Shown one piece after another: positions 1 to 15,000 of a stretch of 64,000 nt of DNA (position 1 is the first letter of the stretch; every line of letters begins with the position of its first letter). The translations under genes and the position numbers were made by a program. The stretch comes from Centroscyllium fabricii (Eukaryota): NCBI GenBank assembly GCA_051313645.2, contig JBNRSN020000029.1:44578001-44642000 (forward strand). Direction: 5' to 3'. The notes below the pieces were generated by a model. It ran no database searches. It was given only the letters and a program-made list of their open reading frames with translations, and was not told where the DNA came from.

Positions 1-3000
1 TTGTGTTATGGAATGATGGATCAGTTTGTGTTATGGAGAGAGCGGTCAGTTTGTGTTATGGAGTGAGGGATCTGTTTGTTTTATGGAGTGAGGGATCAGT
101 TTGTGTTATGGAGTGAGGAATCAGTTTGTGTTATGGAGTGAGGGATCAGTTTGTGTTATTGACTGAGGTTTCAGTTTGTGTTATGGAGTGAGGGATCAGT
201 TTGTGTTACGGAGTGAGGGATCAGTTTGTGTTATGGAGTGAGGGATCAGTTTGTGTTATGGAGTGATGGAGCAGTTTGTGTTATGGAGTGAGGGATCAGT
301 TTGTGTTATTGATTGAGGGATCTGTTTGTGTTATGGAGTGAGGGATCAGTTTGTGTTATGGTGTGAGGGATCAGTTTGTGTTACGGAGTGAGGGATCAGT
401 TTGTGTTATGGAGTGAGGGATCAGTTTGTGTTATGGAGTGAGGGATCAGTGTGTTGTGGAGTGAGGGATCAGTTTGTGTTATGGAGTGAGCGATCAATTT
501 GTGTTATGGAGTGAGGGATCAGTTTGTGTTATGGAGTGAAGGATCAGTTTGTGTTATGGAGTGAGTGATCTGTTTGTGTTAATGACTGAGGGATCAGGTT
601 GTGTTATGGAGTGAGGGATCAGTTTGTGTTATGGTGTGAGGGATCAGTTTGTGTTTTGGAGTGAGAGATCAGTTTATGTTATGGAGTGAGGGATCACTTT
701 GTTGTGGAGTGAGGGATCAGTTTGTGTTATGGAGTCAGCGATCAATTTGTGTTATTGAGTGAGGGATCAATTTGTGGTATGGAGTGAAGGATCAGTTTGT
801 GTCATGGAGTGAGGGATCAGTTTGTGTTATGGAGTGAGGGATGAGTTTGTGTTATGGAGTGAGGGATCAGTTTGTTTTACGAAGTGAGGGATCAGTTTGT
901 GTTTTTGACTGAGGGATCAGTTTGTGTTATGGAGTGAGCAAACGTTTTGTGTTACGGAGTGAACGATCAGTTTTTGGTATGGAGTGAGGGATCAGATTGT
1001 GTTATGGCGTAAATAGATCAGTTTGTGTTATGGAGTGAGGGATCAGTTTGTGTTATCGAGTGAGGGATCAACTTGTGTTATGAGGTGAGGGATCAGTTTG
1101 TGTTATGGAGAGAGGGATCTATTTGTGTTATGGAGTGAGGGATCAGTTTGTGTTATGGAGTGAGGGATCAGTTTGTATATGGAGTGAGGGATCAGTGTGT
1201 TGTGGAGTGAGGGATCAGTTTGTGTTATGGAGTGAGGGATCAGTTTGTGTTATGGTGTGAAGGATCAGTTTGTGTTATGGAGTGAGGGATCAGTTTGTGT
1301 TATGGAGTGAGGGATCTGTTTGTGTTATGGAGTGAGGGATCAGTTTGTGTTATGGAGTGAGGGATCTGTTTGTGTTATAGAGTGAGGGATCTGTTTGTGT
1401 TATGGAGTGAGGGATCAGTTTGTGTTATGGAGTGAGCGATCAGTTTGTGTTATGGAGAGAGTGATCAGTTTGTGTTGTGGAGTGAGAGATCAGTTTGTGT
1501 TATTGAGTGAGGGATCAGTTTTTGTTATGGAGTGAGGGATCAGTTTGTCTTATGGAGTGAGGGATCTGTTTGTGTTATGGCGTGAGGGATCAGTTTGTGT
1601 TATGGAGTGAGGGATCAGTGTGTGTTATGGAGTGAGCGATCAGTTTGTGTTATGGAGAGAGGGATCAGTTTGTGTTATGGAGTGAGGGATCAGTTTGTGT
1701 TATGGAGTGAGGGATCCGTTTGTTTTATGGAGTGAGGGATCAGTTTGTGTTATGGAGTGAGGGATCAGTTTGTGTTATGGAGTGAGAGATCAGTTTGTGT
1801 TATGGAGTGAGGGATCAGTTGGTGTTATGGAGTGAGGGAGCAGTTTGTGTTATGGAGTGAGGGATCAGTTTGTGTTATTGATTGACGGATCTGTTTGTGT
1901 TATGGAGTGAGGGATCAGTTTGTGTTATGGTGTGAGGGATCAGTTTGTGTTACGGAGTGAGGGATCAGTTTGTGTTATGGAGTGAGGGATCAGTTTTTGT
2001 TATGGAGTGAGGGATCAGTGTGTTGTGGAGTGAGGGATCAGTTTGTGTTATGTAGTGAGCGATCAGTTAGTGTTTTGGAGTGAGGAATCAGTTTGTGTTA
2101 TGGAGTGAGGGATCAGTTTGTGTTATGGAGTGAGGGATCATTTTGTGTTAATGACTGAGGGTTCAGTTTGTGTTATGGAGTGAGGGATCAGTTTGTGTTA
2201 TGGAGTGAGTGAACTGTTTGTGTTATGGAGTGAGGGATCAGTTTGTGTTATGGAGTGAGGGATCAGTTTGTGTTACGGAGTGAGGGATCAGTTTGTATTA
2301 TGGAATGAGGGATCAGTGTGTTGTGGAGTGAGGGATCAGTTTGTGTTATGGAGAGAGCGATCAGTTTGTGTTATGGACTGAGGGATCAGTTTGTGTTATG
2401 GAGTGAGGGATCAGTTTGTGTTATGGAGTGAGGGATCAGTTTGTTTTATGGAGTGAGGGATCAGTTTGTGTTATGGAGTGAGGGATCAGTTTGTGTTATG
2501 GAGTGAGCGATCAGTTTGTGTTATGGAGCGAGGGATCAGTTTGTGTTATGGAATGATGGATCAGTTTGTGTTATGGAGAGAGCGGTCAGTTTGTGTTATG
2601 GAGTGATGGATCAGTTTGTCTTATGGAGTGAGGGATCTGTTTGTGTTATGGCGTGAGGGATCAGTTTGTGTTATGGAGTGAGGGATCAGTTTGTGTTATG
2701 GAGTGAGAGATCAGTTTGTGTTATGGAGTGAGAGATCAGTTTATGTTATGGAGTGAGGGATCAGTTTGTGTTATGGTGTGAAGGATCAGTTTGTGTTATG
2801 GAGTGAGGTGATCAGTTTATGTTATGGAGTGAGGGTTCAGTTTGTGTTATGGAGTGAGGGATCAGTTTGTGTTATGGAGTGAGGGATCAGTTTGTGTTAT
2901 GGAGTGAGGGACCAGTTTGTGTTATGGAGTGAGGGATCAGTTTGTGTTATGGAGTGAGGGATCAGTTTGTTTTATGTAGTGAGGGATCAGTTTGTGTTAT

Positions 3001-6000
3001 GGAGTGAGGGACCAGTTTGTGTTATGGAGTGAGGGATCAGTTTGTGTTATGGTGTGAAGGATCAGTTTATGTTATGGAGTGAGGGTTCAGTTTGTGTTAT
3101 GGAGTGAGGGATCAGTTTGTGTTATGGAGTGAGGGATCAGTTTGTGTTATGATGTGAAGGATCAGTTTGTGTTATGGAGTGAGGGATCAGTTTTTGTTAT
3201 GGAGTGAGGGATCAGTTTGTGTTATGATGTGAGGGATCTGTTTGTGTTATGGAGTGAGGGATCAGTTTGTGTTATGGAGTGAGCGATCAGTTTGTGTTAT
3301 GGAGAGAGGGAACTGTTTGTGTTATGGAGTGAGGGATCAGTTTGTGTTATGGAGTGAGCGATCAGTTTGTGTTATGGAGTGAGGGATCAGTTTGTGTTAT
3401 GGAGTGAGGGATCAGTTTGTGTTATGGAGTGAGGGATCAGTGTGTTGTGGATTGAGGGATCAGTTTGTGTTATGGAGTGAGGGATCAGTTTGTGTTATGG
3501 AGTGAGGGATCAGTTTGTGTTAATGACTGAGGGATCAGTTTGTGTTATGGAGTGAGGGATCAGTTTGTGTTATGGAGTGAGGGATCAGTGTGTGTTATGG
3601 AGTGAGCGATCAGTTTGTGTTATGGAGTGAGGGATCAGTTTGTGTTATGGAGTGAGGGATCAGTTTGTGTTATGGAGTGAGGGATCCATTTGTTTTATGG
3701 AGTGAGGGATCAGTTTGTGTTATGGAGTGAGAGATCAGTTTGTGTTAATGACTGCGGGATCAGTTTGTGTTATGGAGTGAGGGATCAGTTTGTGTTATGG
3801 AATGATGGATCAGTTTGTGTTATGGAGAGAGCGGTCAGTTTGTGTTATGGATTGAGGGATCTGTTTGTTTTATGGAATGAGGGATCAGTTTGTGTTATTG
3901 ACTGAGGTTTCAGTTTGTGTTATGGAGTGAGGGATCAGTTTTTCTTACGGAGTGAGGGATCAGTTTGTGTTATGGAGTGAGGGATCAGTTTGTGTTATGG
4001 AGTGATGGAGCAGTTTGTGTTATGGAGTGAGGGATCAGTTTGTGTTATTGATTGAGGGATCTGTTTGTGTTATGGAGTGAGGGATCAGTTTGTGTTATGG
4101 TGTGAGGGATCAGTTTGTGTTACGGAGTGAGGGATCAGTTTGTGTTATGGAGTGAGGGATCAGTTTGTGTTATGGAGTGAGGGATCAGTGTGTTGTGGAG
4201 TGAGGGATCAGTTTGTGTTATGGAGTGAGCGATCAATTTGTGTTATGGAGTGAGGGATCAGTTTGTGTTATGGAGTGAGGGATCAGTTTGTGTTATGGAG
4301 TGAGTGATCTGTTTGTGTTAATGACTGAGGGATCAGTTTGTGTTATGGAGTGAGGGATCAGTTTGTGTTATGGTGTGAGGGATCAGTTTGTGTTTTGGAG
4401 TGAGAGATCAGTTTATGTTATGGAGTGAGGGATCAGTTTGTTGTGGAGTGAGGGATCTGTTTGTGTTATGGAGTGAGGGATCAGTTTGTGTTATGGAGTG
4501 AAGGATCAGTTTGTGTCATGGAGTGAGGGATCAGTTTGTGTTATGGAGTGAGGGATCAGTTTGTGTTATGGAGTGAGGGATCAGTTTGTGTTATGGAGTG
4601 AGTGATCTGTTTGTGTTAATGACTGAGGGATCAGTTTGTGTTATGGAGTGAAGGATCAGTTTGTGTTATGGAGTGAGGGATCAGTTTGTGTTATCGAGTG
4701 AGGGATCAACTTGTGTTATGAGGTGAGGGATCAGTTTGTGTTATGGAGAGAGGGATCTATTTGTGTTATGGAGTGAGGGATCAGTTTGTGTTATGGAGTG
4801 AGTGATCAGTTTGTGTTATGGAGTGAGGGATCTGTTTGTGTTATGGAGTGAGGGAACTGTTTGTGTTATGGAGTGAGGGATCTGTTTGTGTTATGGAGTG
4901 AGGGATCAGTTTCTGTTATGGAGTGAGGGATCTGTTTGTGTTATGGAGTGAGGGATCTGTTTTTGTTATGGAGTGAGGTATCAGTTTGTGTTATGGAGTG
5001 AGCGATAAGTTTGTGTTATGGAGAGAGGGATCAGTTTTTGTTATGGAGTGATGGATCAGTTTGTCTTATGGAGTGAGGGATCTGTTTGTGTTATGGCGTG
5101 AGGGATCAGTTTGTGTTATGGAGTGAGAGATCAGTTTGTGTTATGGAGTGAGAGATCAGTTTATGTTATGGAGTGAGGGATCAGTTTGTTTTATGTAGTG
5201 AGGGATCAGTTTGTGTTATGGAGTGAGGGACCAGTTTGTGTTATGGAGTGAGGGATCAGTTTGTGTTATGGAGTGAGGGATCTGTTTGTGTTATGGAGTG
5301 AGGGAACTGTTTGTGTTATGGAGTGAGGGATCAGTTTGTGTTATGGTGTGAAGGATCAGTTTGTGTTATGGAGTGAGGTGATCAGTTTATGTTATGGAGT
5401 GAGGGTTCAGTTTGTGTTATGGAGTGAGGGATCAGTTTGTGTTATGGAGTGAGGGATCAGTTTGTGTTATGATGTGAAGGATCAGTTTGTGTTATGGAGT
5501 GAGGGATCAGTTTGTGTTATGGAGTGAGGGATCAGTTTGTGTTATGATGTGAAGGATCAGTTTGTGTTATGGAGTGAGGGATCAGTTTGTATTATGGAGT
5601 GAGGGATCTGTTTGTGTTATGGAGTGAGGGATCAGTTTGTGTTATGGAGTGAGCGATCAGTTTGTGTTATGGAGTGAGGGATCTGTTTGTGTTATGGAGT
5701 GAGGGATCAGTTTGTGTTATGGAGTGAGGGAACTGTTTGTGTTATGGAGTGAGGGATCAGTTTGTGTTATGGAGTGAGCGATCAGTTTGTGTTATGGAGA
5801 GAGGGATCTGTTTGTGTTATGGAGTGAGGGATCTGTTTGTGTTATGGAGTGAGGGATCAGTTTGTGTTATGGAGTGAGAGATCAGTTTGTGTTATGGAGT
5901 GAGGGATCAGTTTGTGTTATGGAGTGAGGGATCTGTTTGTGTTATGGAGTGAGGGAACTGTTTGTGTTATGGAGTGAGGGATCAGTTTGTGTTATGGAGT

Positions 6001-9000
6001 GAGCGATCAGTTTGTGTTATGGAGAGAGGGATCTGTTTGTGTTATGCAGTGAGGGATCTGTTTGTGTTATGGAGTGAGCGATCAGTTTGTGTTATGGAGT
6101 GAGCGATCAGTTTGTGTTATGGAGAGAGGGATCTGTTTGTGTTATGCAGTGAGGGATCTGTTTGTGTTATGGAGTGAGCGATCAGTTTGTGTTATGGAGT
6201 GAGGGATCAGTTTGTGTTATGGAGAGCGTGATCAGTTTGTGTTATGGAGTGAGAGATCAGTTTATGTTATGGAGTGAGGGATCAGTTTGTGTTATGGAGT
6301 GAGGGATCAGTTTGTGTTAATGACTGAGGGATCAGTTTGTGTTATGGAGTGAGGGATCAGTTTGTGTTATGGAGTGAGTGATCTCTTTGCGTTATGGAGT
6401 GAGGGATCAGTTTGTGTTATTGAATGATGTATCAGTTTGTGTTATGGAGAGAGTGATCAGTTTGTGTTATGGAGTGAGGTATCTGTTTGTTTTATGGAGT
6501 GAGGGATCAGTTTGTGTAATGAAGTGAGGGATTAGTTTGTGTTATTGACTGATGTATCAGTTTGTGTTATGGAGTGAGGGATCAGTTTGTGTTACGGAGT
6601 GAGGGATCAGTTTGTGTTATGGAGTGAGGGATCAGTTGGTGTTATGGAGTGAGGGAGCAGTTTGTGTTATGGAGTGAGGGATCAGTTTGTGTTATTGATT
6701 GAGGGATCTGTTTGTGTTATGGAGTGAGGGATCAGTTTGTGTTATGGTGTGAGGGATCAGTTTGTGTTACGGAGTGAGGGTTCAGTTTGTGTTATGGAGT
6801 GAGGGATCAGTTTGTGTTATGGAGTGAGGGATCAGTGTGTTGTGGAGTGAGGGATCAGTTTGTGTTATGTAGTGAGCGATCAGTTAGTGTTATGGAGTGA
6901 GGAATCAGTTTGTGTTATGGAGTGAGGGATCAGTTTGTGTTATGGAGTGAGGGATCAGTTTGTGTTAATGACTGAGGGTTCAGTTTGTGTTATGGAGTGA
7001 GGGATCAGTTTGTATTATGGAGTGAGTGAACTGTTTGTGTTATGGAATGAGGGATCAGTTTGTGTTATGGAGAGAGCGATCAGTTTGTGTTATGGACTGA
7101 GGGATCAGTTTGTGTTATGGAGTGAGGGATCAGTTTGTGTTATGGAGTGAGGGATCAGTTTGTTTTATGGAGTGAGGGATCAGTTTGTGTTATGGAGTGA
7201 GGGATCAGTTTGTGTTATGGAGAGAGCGATCAGTTTGTGTTATGGACTGAGGGATCAGTTTGTGTTATGCAGTGAGGGATCAGTTTGTGTTATGGAGTGA
7301 GGGATCAGTTTGTTTTATGGAGTGAGGGATCAGTTTGTGTTATGGAGTGAAGGATCAGTTTGTGTTATGGAGTGAGAGATTAGTTTGTGTTAATGACTGA
7401 GGGATCAGTTTGTGTTATGGAGTGAGGGATCAGTTTGTGTTATGGAATGATGGATCAGTTTGTGTTATGGAGAGAGCGGTCAGTTTGTGTTATGGAGTGA
7501 AGGATCAGTTTGTGTTATTGATTGAGGGATCTGTTTGTGTTATGGAGTGAGGGATCAGTTTGTGTTATGGTGTGAGGGATCAGTTTGTGTTACGGAGTGA
7601 GGGATCAGTTTGTGTTATGGAGTGAGGGATCAGTTTGTGTTATGGTGTGAGGGAGCAGTTTGTGTTATGGAGTGAGGGATCAGTTTGTGTTATTGATTGA
7701 GGGATCTGTTTGTGTTATGGAGTGAGGGATCAGTTTGTGTTATGGTGTGAGGGATCAGTTTGTGTTACGGAGTGAGGGATCAGTTTGTGTTATGGAGTGA
7801 GGGATCAGTTTGTGTTATGGAGTGAGGGATCAGTGTGTTGTGGAGTGAGGGATCAGTTTGTGTTATGGAGTGAGCGATCAGTTTGTGTTATGGAGTGAGG
7901 GATCAGTTTGTGTTATGGAGTGAGGGATCAGTTTGTGTTATGGAGTGAGGGATCAGTTTGTGTTAATGACTGAGGGTTCAGTTTGTGTTATGGAGTGAGG
8001 GATCAGTTTGTATTATGGAGTGAGTGATCTGTCTGTGTTAATGACTGAGGGATCAGTTTGTGTTATGGAGTGAGGGATCAGTTTGTGTTATGGTGTGAGG
8101 GATCAGTTTGTATTTTGGAGTGAGAGATCAGTTTATGTTATGGAGTGAGGGATCAGTTTGTTGTGGAGTGAGGGATCTGTTTGTGTTATGGAGTGAGGGA
8201 TCAGTTTGTGTTATGGAGTGAGGGATCAGTTTGTGTCATGAAGTGAGGGATCAGTTTGTGTTATGGAGTGAGGGATCAGTTTGTGTTATGGAGTGAGGGA
8301 TCAGTTCATGTTATGGAGTGAGGGATCAGTTTGTGTTATGGAGTGAGGGATCTGTTTGTGTGATGGAGTGAGGGATCAGTTTGTGTTTTTGACTGAGGGA
8401 TCAGTTTGTGTTATGGAGTGAGCAATCGTTTTGTGTTTCGGAGTGAGCGATCCGTTTTTGGTATGGAGTGAGGGATCAGATTGTGTTATGGCGTAAAGAG
8501 ATCAGTTTGTGTTATGGAGTGAGGGATCATTTTGTGTTATGGAGTGAGGGATCAACTTGTGTTATGAGGTGAGGGATCACTTTGTGTTATGGGGAGAGAG
8601 ATCTATTTGTGTTATGGAGTGAGGGATCAGTTTGTGTTATGGAGTGAGGGATCAGTTTGTGTTATGGAGTGAGGGATCAATGTGTTGTGGAGTGAGGGAT
8701 CAGTTTGTGTTATGGAGTGAGGGATCAGTTTGTGTTACGGTGTGAAGGATCAGTTTGTGTTATGGAGTGAGGGATCAGTTTGTGTTATGGCGTGAGGGAT
8801 CAGTTTGTGTTAATGACTGAGGGATCAGTTTGTGTTATGGAGTGAGGGATCTGTTTGTGTTATAGAGTGAGGGATCAGTTTGTGTTATGGAGTGAGGGAT
8901 CAGTTTGTGTTATGGAGTGAGGGATCAGTTTGTGTTATGGAGTGAGAGATCAGTTTGTGTTATGGAGTGAGGTATCAGTTTGTGTTTTGAAGTGAGGGAT

Positions 9001-12000
9001 CAGTTTGTGTTGTGGAGTGAGAGATCAGTTTGTGTTATGGAGTGAGGGATCAGTTTGTGTTATGGAGTGAGGGATCAGTTTGTGTTATGGAGTGAGCGAT
9101 CAGTTTGTGTTATGGAGAGAGGGATCAGTTTGTGTTGTGGAGTGAGAGATCAGTTTGTGTTATGGAGTGAGGAATCAGTTTGTGTTTTTGACTGAGGGAT
9201 CAGATTGTGTTATGGAGTGAGGGATCAGATTGTGTTATGGCGTAAAGAGATCAGTTTGTGTTATGGAGTGAGGGATCAGTTTGTGTTATGGAGTGAGGGA
9301 TCAACTTGTGTTATGAGGTGAGGGATCAGATTGTGTTATGGAGAGAGTGATCTATTTGTGTTATGGAGTGAGGGATCAGTTTGTGTTATGGAGTGAGGGA
9401 TCAGTTTGTGTTATGGAGTGAGGGATCTGTGTGTTGTGGAGTGAGGGATCAGTTTGTGTTATGGAGTGAGGGATCAGTTTGTGTTATGGAGTGAGGGATC
9501 TGTTTGTGTTATGGAGTGAGGGATCAGTTTGTGTTATGGAGTGAGGGATCTGTTTGTGTTATAGAGTGAGGGATCAGTTTGTGTTATGGAGTGAGGGATC
9601 AGTTTGTGTTATGGAGTGAGGGATCAGTTTGTGTTATGGAGTGAGGCATCTGTTTGTGTTATGGAGTGAGGGATCAGTTTGTGTTATGGGGTGAGCCATC
9701 AGTTTGTGTTATGGAGAGAGGGATCAGTTTGTGTTGTGGAGTGAGAGATCAGTTTATGTTATGGAGTGAGGGATCAGTTTGTGTTATGGAGTGAGGGATC
9801 AGTTTGTGTTACGGAGTGAGGGATCAGTTTGTGTTATGGAGTGAGGGATCAGTTTGTGTTATGGAGTGAGAGATCAGTTTGTGTTATGGAGTGAGGGATC
9901 AGTTTGTGTTATGGAGTGAGGGAGCAGTTTGTGTTATGGAGTGAGGGATCTGTTTGTGTTATGGAGTGAGGGATCAGTTTGTGTTATGGTGTGAGGGATC
10001 AGTTTGTGTTACGGAGTGAGGGATCAGTTTGTGTTATGGAGTGCAGGATCAGTTTGTGTTATGGAGTGAGGGATCAGTGTGTTGTGGAGTGAGGGATCAG
10101 TTTGTGTTATGGAGTGAGCGATCAGTTTGTGTTATGGAGTGAGGGATCAATTTGTGTTATGGAGTGAGGGATCAGTTTGTGTTATGGAGTGAGTGATCAG
10201 TTTGTGTTAATGACTGAGGGTTCAGTTTGTGTTATGGAGTGAGGGACCAGTTTGTGTTATGGAGTGAGGGAGCAGTTTGTGTTATGGTGTGAGGGATCAG
10301 TTTGTGTTATTGATTGAGGGATCTGTTTGTGTTTTGGAGTGAGGGATCAGTTTGTGTTATGGTGTGAGGGATCAGTTTGTGTTACGGAGTGAGGGATCAG
10401 TTTGTGTTATGGAGTGAGGGATCAGTTTGTGTTATGGAGTGAGGGATCAGTGTGTTGTGGAGTGAGGGATCAGTTTGTGTTATGGAGTGAGCGATCAGTT
10501 TGTGTTATGGAGTGAGGGATCAGTTTGTGTTATGGAGTGAGGGATCAGTTCGTGTTACGGAGTGAGGGATCAGTTTGTGTTATGGAGTGAGGGATCAGTT
10601 TGTGTTACGGAGTGAGGGATCAGTTTGTGTTTTTGACTGAGGGATCAGTTTGTGTTATGGAGTGAGCGATCAGTTTTTGGTATGGAGTGAGGGATCAGAT
10701 TGTGTTATGGCGTAAAGAGATCAGTTTGTGTTATGGAGTGAGGGATCATTTTGTGTTATGGAGTGAGGGATCAACTTGTGTTATGAGGTGAGGGATCTGT
10801 TTGTGTTATGGGGAGAGGGATCTATTTGTGTTATGGAGTGAGGGATCAGTTTGTGTTATGGAGTGAGTGATCAGTTTGTGTTATGGAGTGAGGGATCAAT
10901 GTGTTGTGGAGTGAGGGATCAGTTTGTGTTATGGAGTAAGGGATCAGTTTGTGTTACGGTGTGAAGGAACAGTTTGTGTTATGGAGTGAGGGATCAGTTT
11001 GCGTTATGGCCTGAGGGATCAGTTTGTGTTAATGACTGAGGGATCAGTTTGTGTTATGGAGTGAGTGATCTGCTTGTGTTATAGAGTGAGGGATCAGTTT
11101 GTGTTATGGAGTGAGGGATCAGTTTGTATTATGGAGTGAGGGATCAGTTTGTGTTATGGAGTGAGAGATCAGTTTGTGTTATGGAGTGAGGTATCAGTTT
11201 GTGTTATGAAGTGAGGGATCAGTTTGTGTTGTGGAGTGAGAGATCAGTTGGTGTTATGGAGTGAGTGATCAGTTTGTGTTATGGAGTGAGGGATCAGTTT
11301 GTGTTATGGAGTGAGGGATCAGTTTGTGTTACGGAGTGAGGGATCAGTTTGTGTTTTTGACTGAGGGATCAGTTTGTGTTATGGAGTGAGGGATCAGATT
11401 GTGTTATGGCGTAAAGAGATCAGTTTGTGTTATGGAGTGAGGGATCAGTTTGTGTTTTTGACTGAGGGATCAGATTGTGTTATGGAGTGAGGGATCAGAT
11501 TGTGTTATGGCGTAAAGAGATCAGTTTGTGTTATGGAGTGAGGGATCAGTTTGTGTTATGGAGTGAGGGATCAACTTGTGTTATGAGGTGAGGGATCAGT
11601 TTGTGTTATGGAGAGAGTGATCTATTTGTGTTATGGAGTGAGGGATCAGTTTGTGTTATGGAGTGAGGGATCAGTTTGTGTTATGGAGTGAGGGATCAGT
11701 GTGTTGTGGAGTGAGGGATCAGTTTGTGTTATGGAGTGAGGGATCAGTTTGTGTTATGGTGTGAAGAATCAGTTTGTGTTATGGAGTGAGGGATCAGTTT
11801 CTGTTATGGAGTGAGGGATCTGTTTGTGTTATGGAGTGAGGGATCAGTTTGTGTTATGGAGTGAGGGATCTGTTTGTGTTATGGAGTGAGGGATCAGTTT
11901 GTTGTGGAGTGAGGGATCAGTTTGTGTTATGGAGTGAGGGATCAGTTTGTGTTATGGTGTGAAGGATCAGTTTGTGTTATGGAGTGAGGGATCAGTTTCT

Positions 12001-15000
12001 GTTATGGAGCGAGGGATCTGTTTGTGTTATGGAGTGAGGGATCAGTTTGTGTTATGGTGTGAAGGATCAGTTTGTGTTATGGAGTGAGGGATCAGTTTGT
12101 GTTATGGAGTGAGGGATCTGTTTGTGTTATGGAGTGAGGGATCAGTTTGTGTTATGGAGTGAGCGATCAGTTTGTGTTATGGAGAGAGGGATCAGTTTGT
12201 GTTGTGGAGTGAGAGATCAGTTTGTGTTATGGAGTGAGGGATCAGTTTGTGTTATGGAGTGAGGGATCAGTTTGTGTTATGGAGTGAGGGATCAGTTTGT
12301 GTTATGGAGTGAGGGATCAGTTTGTGTTATGGAGTGAGGGATCAGTTTGTGTTATGGAGTGAGGGATCAGTTTTTGTTATGGAGTGAGGGATCTGTTTGT
12401 GTTATGGCGTGAGGGATCATTTTGTGTTATGGAGTGAGAGATCAGTTTATGTTATGGAGAGCGCGATCAGTTTGTGTTATGGAGTGAGGGATCAGTTTGT
12501 GTTATGGAGTGAGGGATCAGTTTGTGTTATTGACTGAGGTATCAGTTTGTGTTATGGAGTGAGGGATCAGTTTGTGTTACGGAGTGAGGGATCAGTTTGT
12601 GTTATGGAGTGAGGGATCAGTTTGTGTTATGGAGTGAGGGATCAGTTTGTGTTATGGAGTGAGGGAGCAGTTTGTGTTATTGACTGAGGTATCAGTTTGT
12701 GTTATGGAGTGAGGGATCAGTTTGTGTTATGGAGTGAGAGATCAGTTTGTGTTATGGAGTGCGGGATCAGTTTGTGTTATGGAGTGAGGGATCAGTGTGT
12801 TGTGGAGTGAGGGATCAGTTTGTGTTATGGAGTGAGCGATCAGTTTGTGTTACGGAGTGAGGGATCAGTTTGTGTTATGGAGTGCGGGATCAGTTTGTGT
12901 TATGGAGTGAGGGATCAGTGTGTTGTGGAGTGAGGGGTCAGTTTGTGTTATGGAGTGAGCGATCAGTTTGTGTTATGGAGTGAGGGATCAGTTTGTGTTA
13001 TGGAGTGAGGGATCAGTTTGTGTTATGGTGTGAGGGATCAGTTTGTGTTACGGAGTGAGGGATCAGTTTGTGTTATGGAGTGCGGGATCAGTTTGTGTTA
13101 TGGAGTGAGGGATCAGTGTGTTGTGGAGTGAGGGATCAGTTTGTGTTATGGAGTGAGGGATCAGTTTGTGTTATGGAGTGAGGGATCAGTTTGTGTTATG
13201 GAGTGAGGGATCAGTTTGTGTTATGGAGTGAGGGATCAGTTTGTGTTAATGACTGAGGGTTCAGTTTGTGTTATGGAGTGAGGGATCAGTTTGTGTTATG
13301 GAGTGAGTGATCTGTTTGTGTTAATGACTGAGGAATCAGTTTGTGTTATGGGGTGAGGGATCAGTTTGTGTTATGGTGTGAGGGATCAGTTTGTGTTTTG
13401 GAGTGAGAGATCAGTTTATGTTATGGAGTGAGGGATCAGTTTGTTGTGGAGTGAGGGATCTGTTTGTGTTATGGAGTGAGGGATCAATTTGTGTTATGGA
13501 GTGAGGGATCAGTTTGTGTCATGGAGTGAGGGATCAGTTTGTGTTATGGAGTGAGGGATCAGTTTGTGTTATGGAGTGAGGGATCAGTTTGTGTTACGGA
13601 GTGAGGGATCAGTTTGTGTTTTTGACTGAGGGATCAGTTTGTGTTATGGAGTGAGGGATCAGGTTGTGTTACGGAGTGAGGGATCAGTTTGTGTTTTTGA
13701 CTGAGGGATCAGTTTGTGTTATGGAGTGAGGGATCTGTTTTTGTTATAGAGTGAGGGATCAGTTTGTGTTATGGAGTGAGAGATCAGTTTGTGTTATGGA
13801 GTGAGGGATCAGTTTGTGTTATGGAGTGAGTGATCTGTTTGTGTTATGGAGTGAGGGATCAGTTTGTGTTATGGAATGATGGATCAGTTTGTGTTATGGA
13901 GAGAGCGATCTGTTTGTGTTATTGACTGAGGTATCAATTTGTGTTATGGAGTGAGGGATCAGTTTGTGTTATGGAGTGAGCGATCAGTTTGTGTTATGGA
14001 GAGAGGGATCAGTTTGTGTTGTGGAGTGAGAGATCAGTTTGTGTTATGGAGTGAGGGATCAGTTTGTGTTATGGAGTGAGGGATCAGTTTGTGTTATGGA
14101 GTGAGGGATCAGTTTGTGTTATGGAGTGAGGGATCAGTTTGTGTTATGGAGTGAGGGATCAGTTTGTGTTATGGAGTGAGGGATCAGTTTTTGTTATGGA
14201 GTGAGGGATCTGTTTGTGTTATGGCGTGAGGGATCAGTTTGTGTTATGGAGTGAGAGATCAGTTTATGTTATGGAGTGAGGGATCTGTTTTTGTTATAGA
14301 ATGAGGGATCAGTTTGTGTTATGGAGTGAGGGATCAGTTTGTGTTATGGAGTGAGGGATCAGTTTGTGTTATGGAGTGAGGGATCTGTTTTTGTTATAGA
14401 GTGAGGGATCAGTTTGTGTTATGGAGTGAGAGATCAGTTTGTGTTATGGAGTGAGGGATCAGTTTGTGTTATGGAGTGAGTGATCTGTTTGTGTTATGGA
14501 GTGAGGGATCAGTTTGTGTTATGGAATGATGGATCAGTTTGTGTTATGGAGAGAGCGATCTGTTTGTGTTATTGACTGAGGTATCAATTTGTGTTATGGA
14601 GTGAGGGATCAGTTTGTGTTATGGAGTGAGGGATCAGTTTGTTTTATTGACTGAGGGATCTGTTTGTGTTATGGAGTGAGGGATCAGTTTGTGTTATGGT
14701 GTGACGGATCAGTTTGTGTTATGGAGTGAGGGATCACTTTGTGTTATGGAGTGAGGGATCAGTTTGTGTTATGGAGTGAGGGATCAGTGTGTTGTGGAGT
14801 GAGGGATCAGTTTGTGTTATGGAGTGAACGATCAGTTTGTGTTATGGAGTGAGGGATCAGTTTGTGTTATGGAGTGAGGGATCAGTTTGTGTTATGGAGT
14901 GACGGATCAGTTTGTGTTAATGACTGAGGGTTCAGTTTGTGTTATGGAGTGAGGGATCAGTTTGTGTTATGGAGTGAGTGATCTGTTTGTGTTAATGACT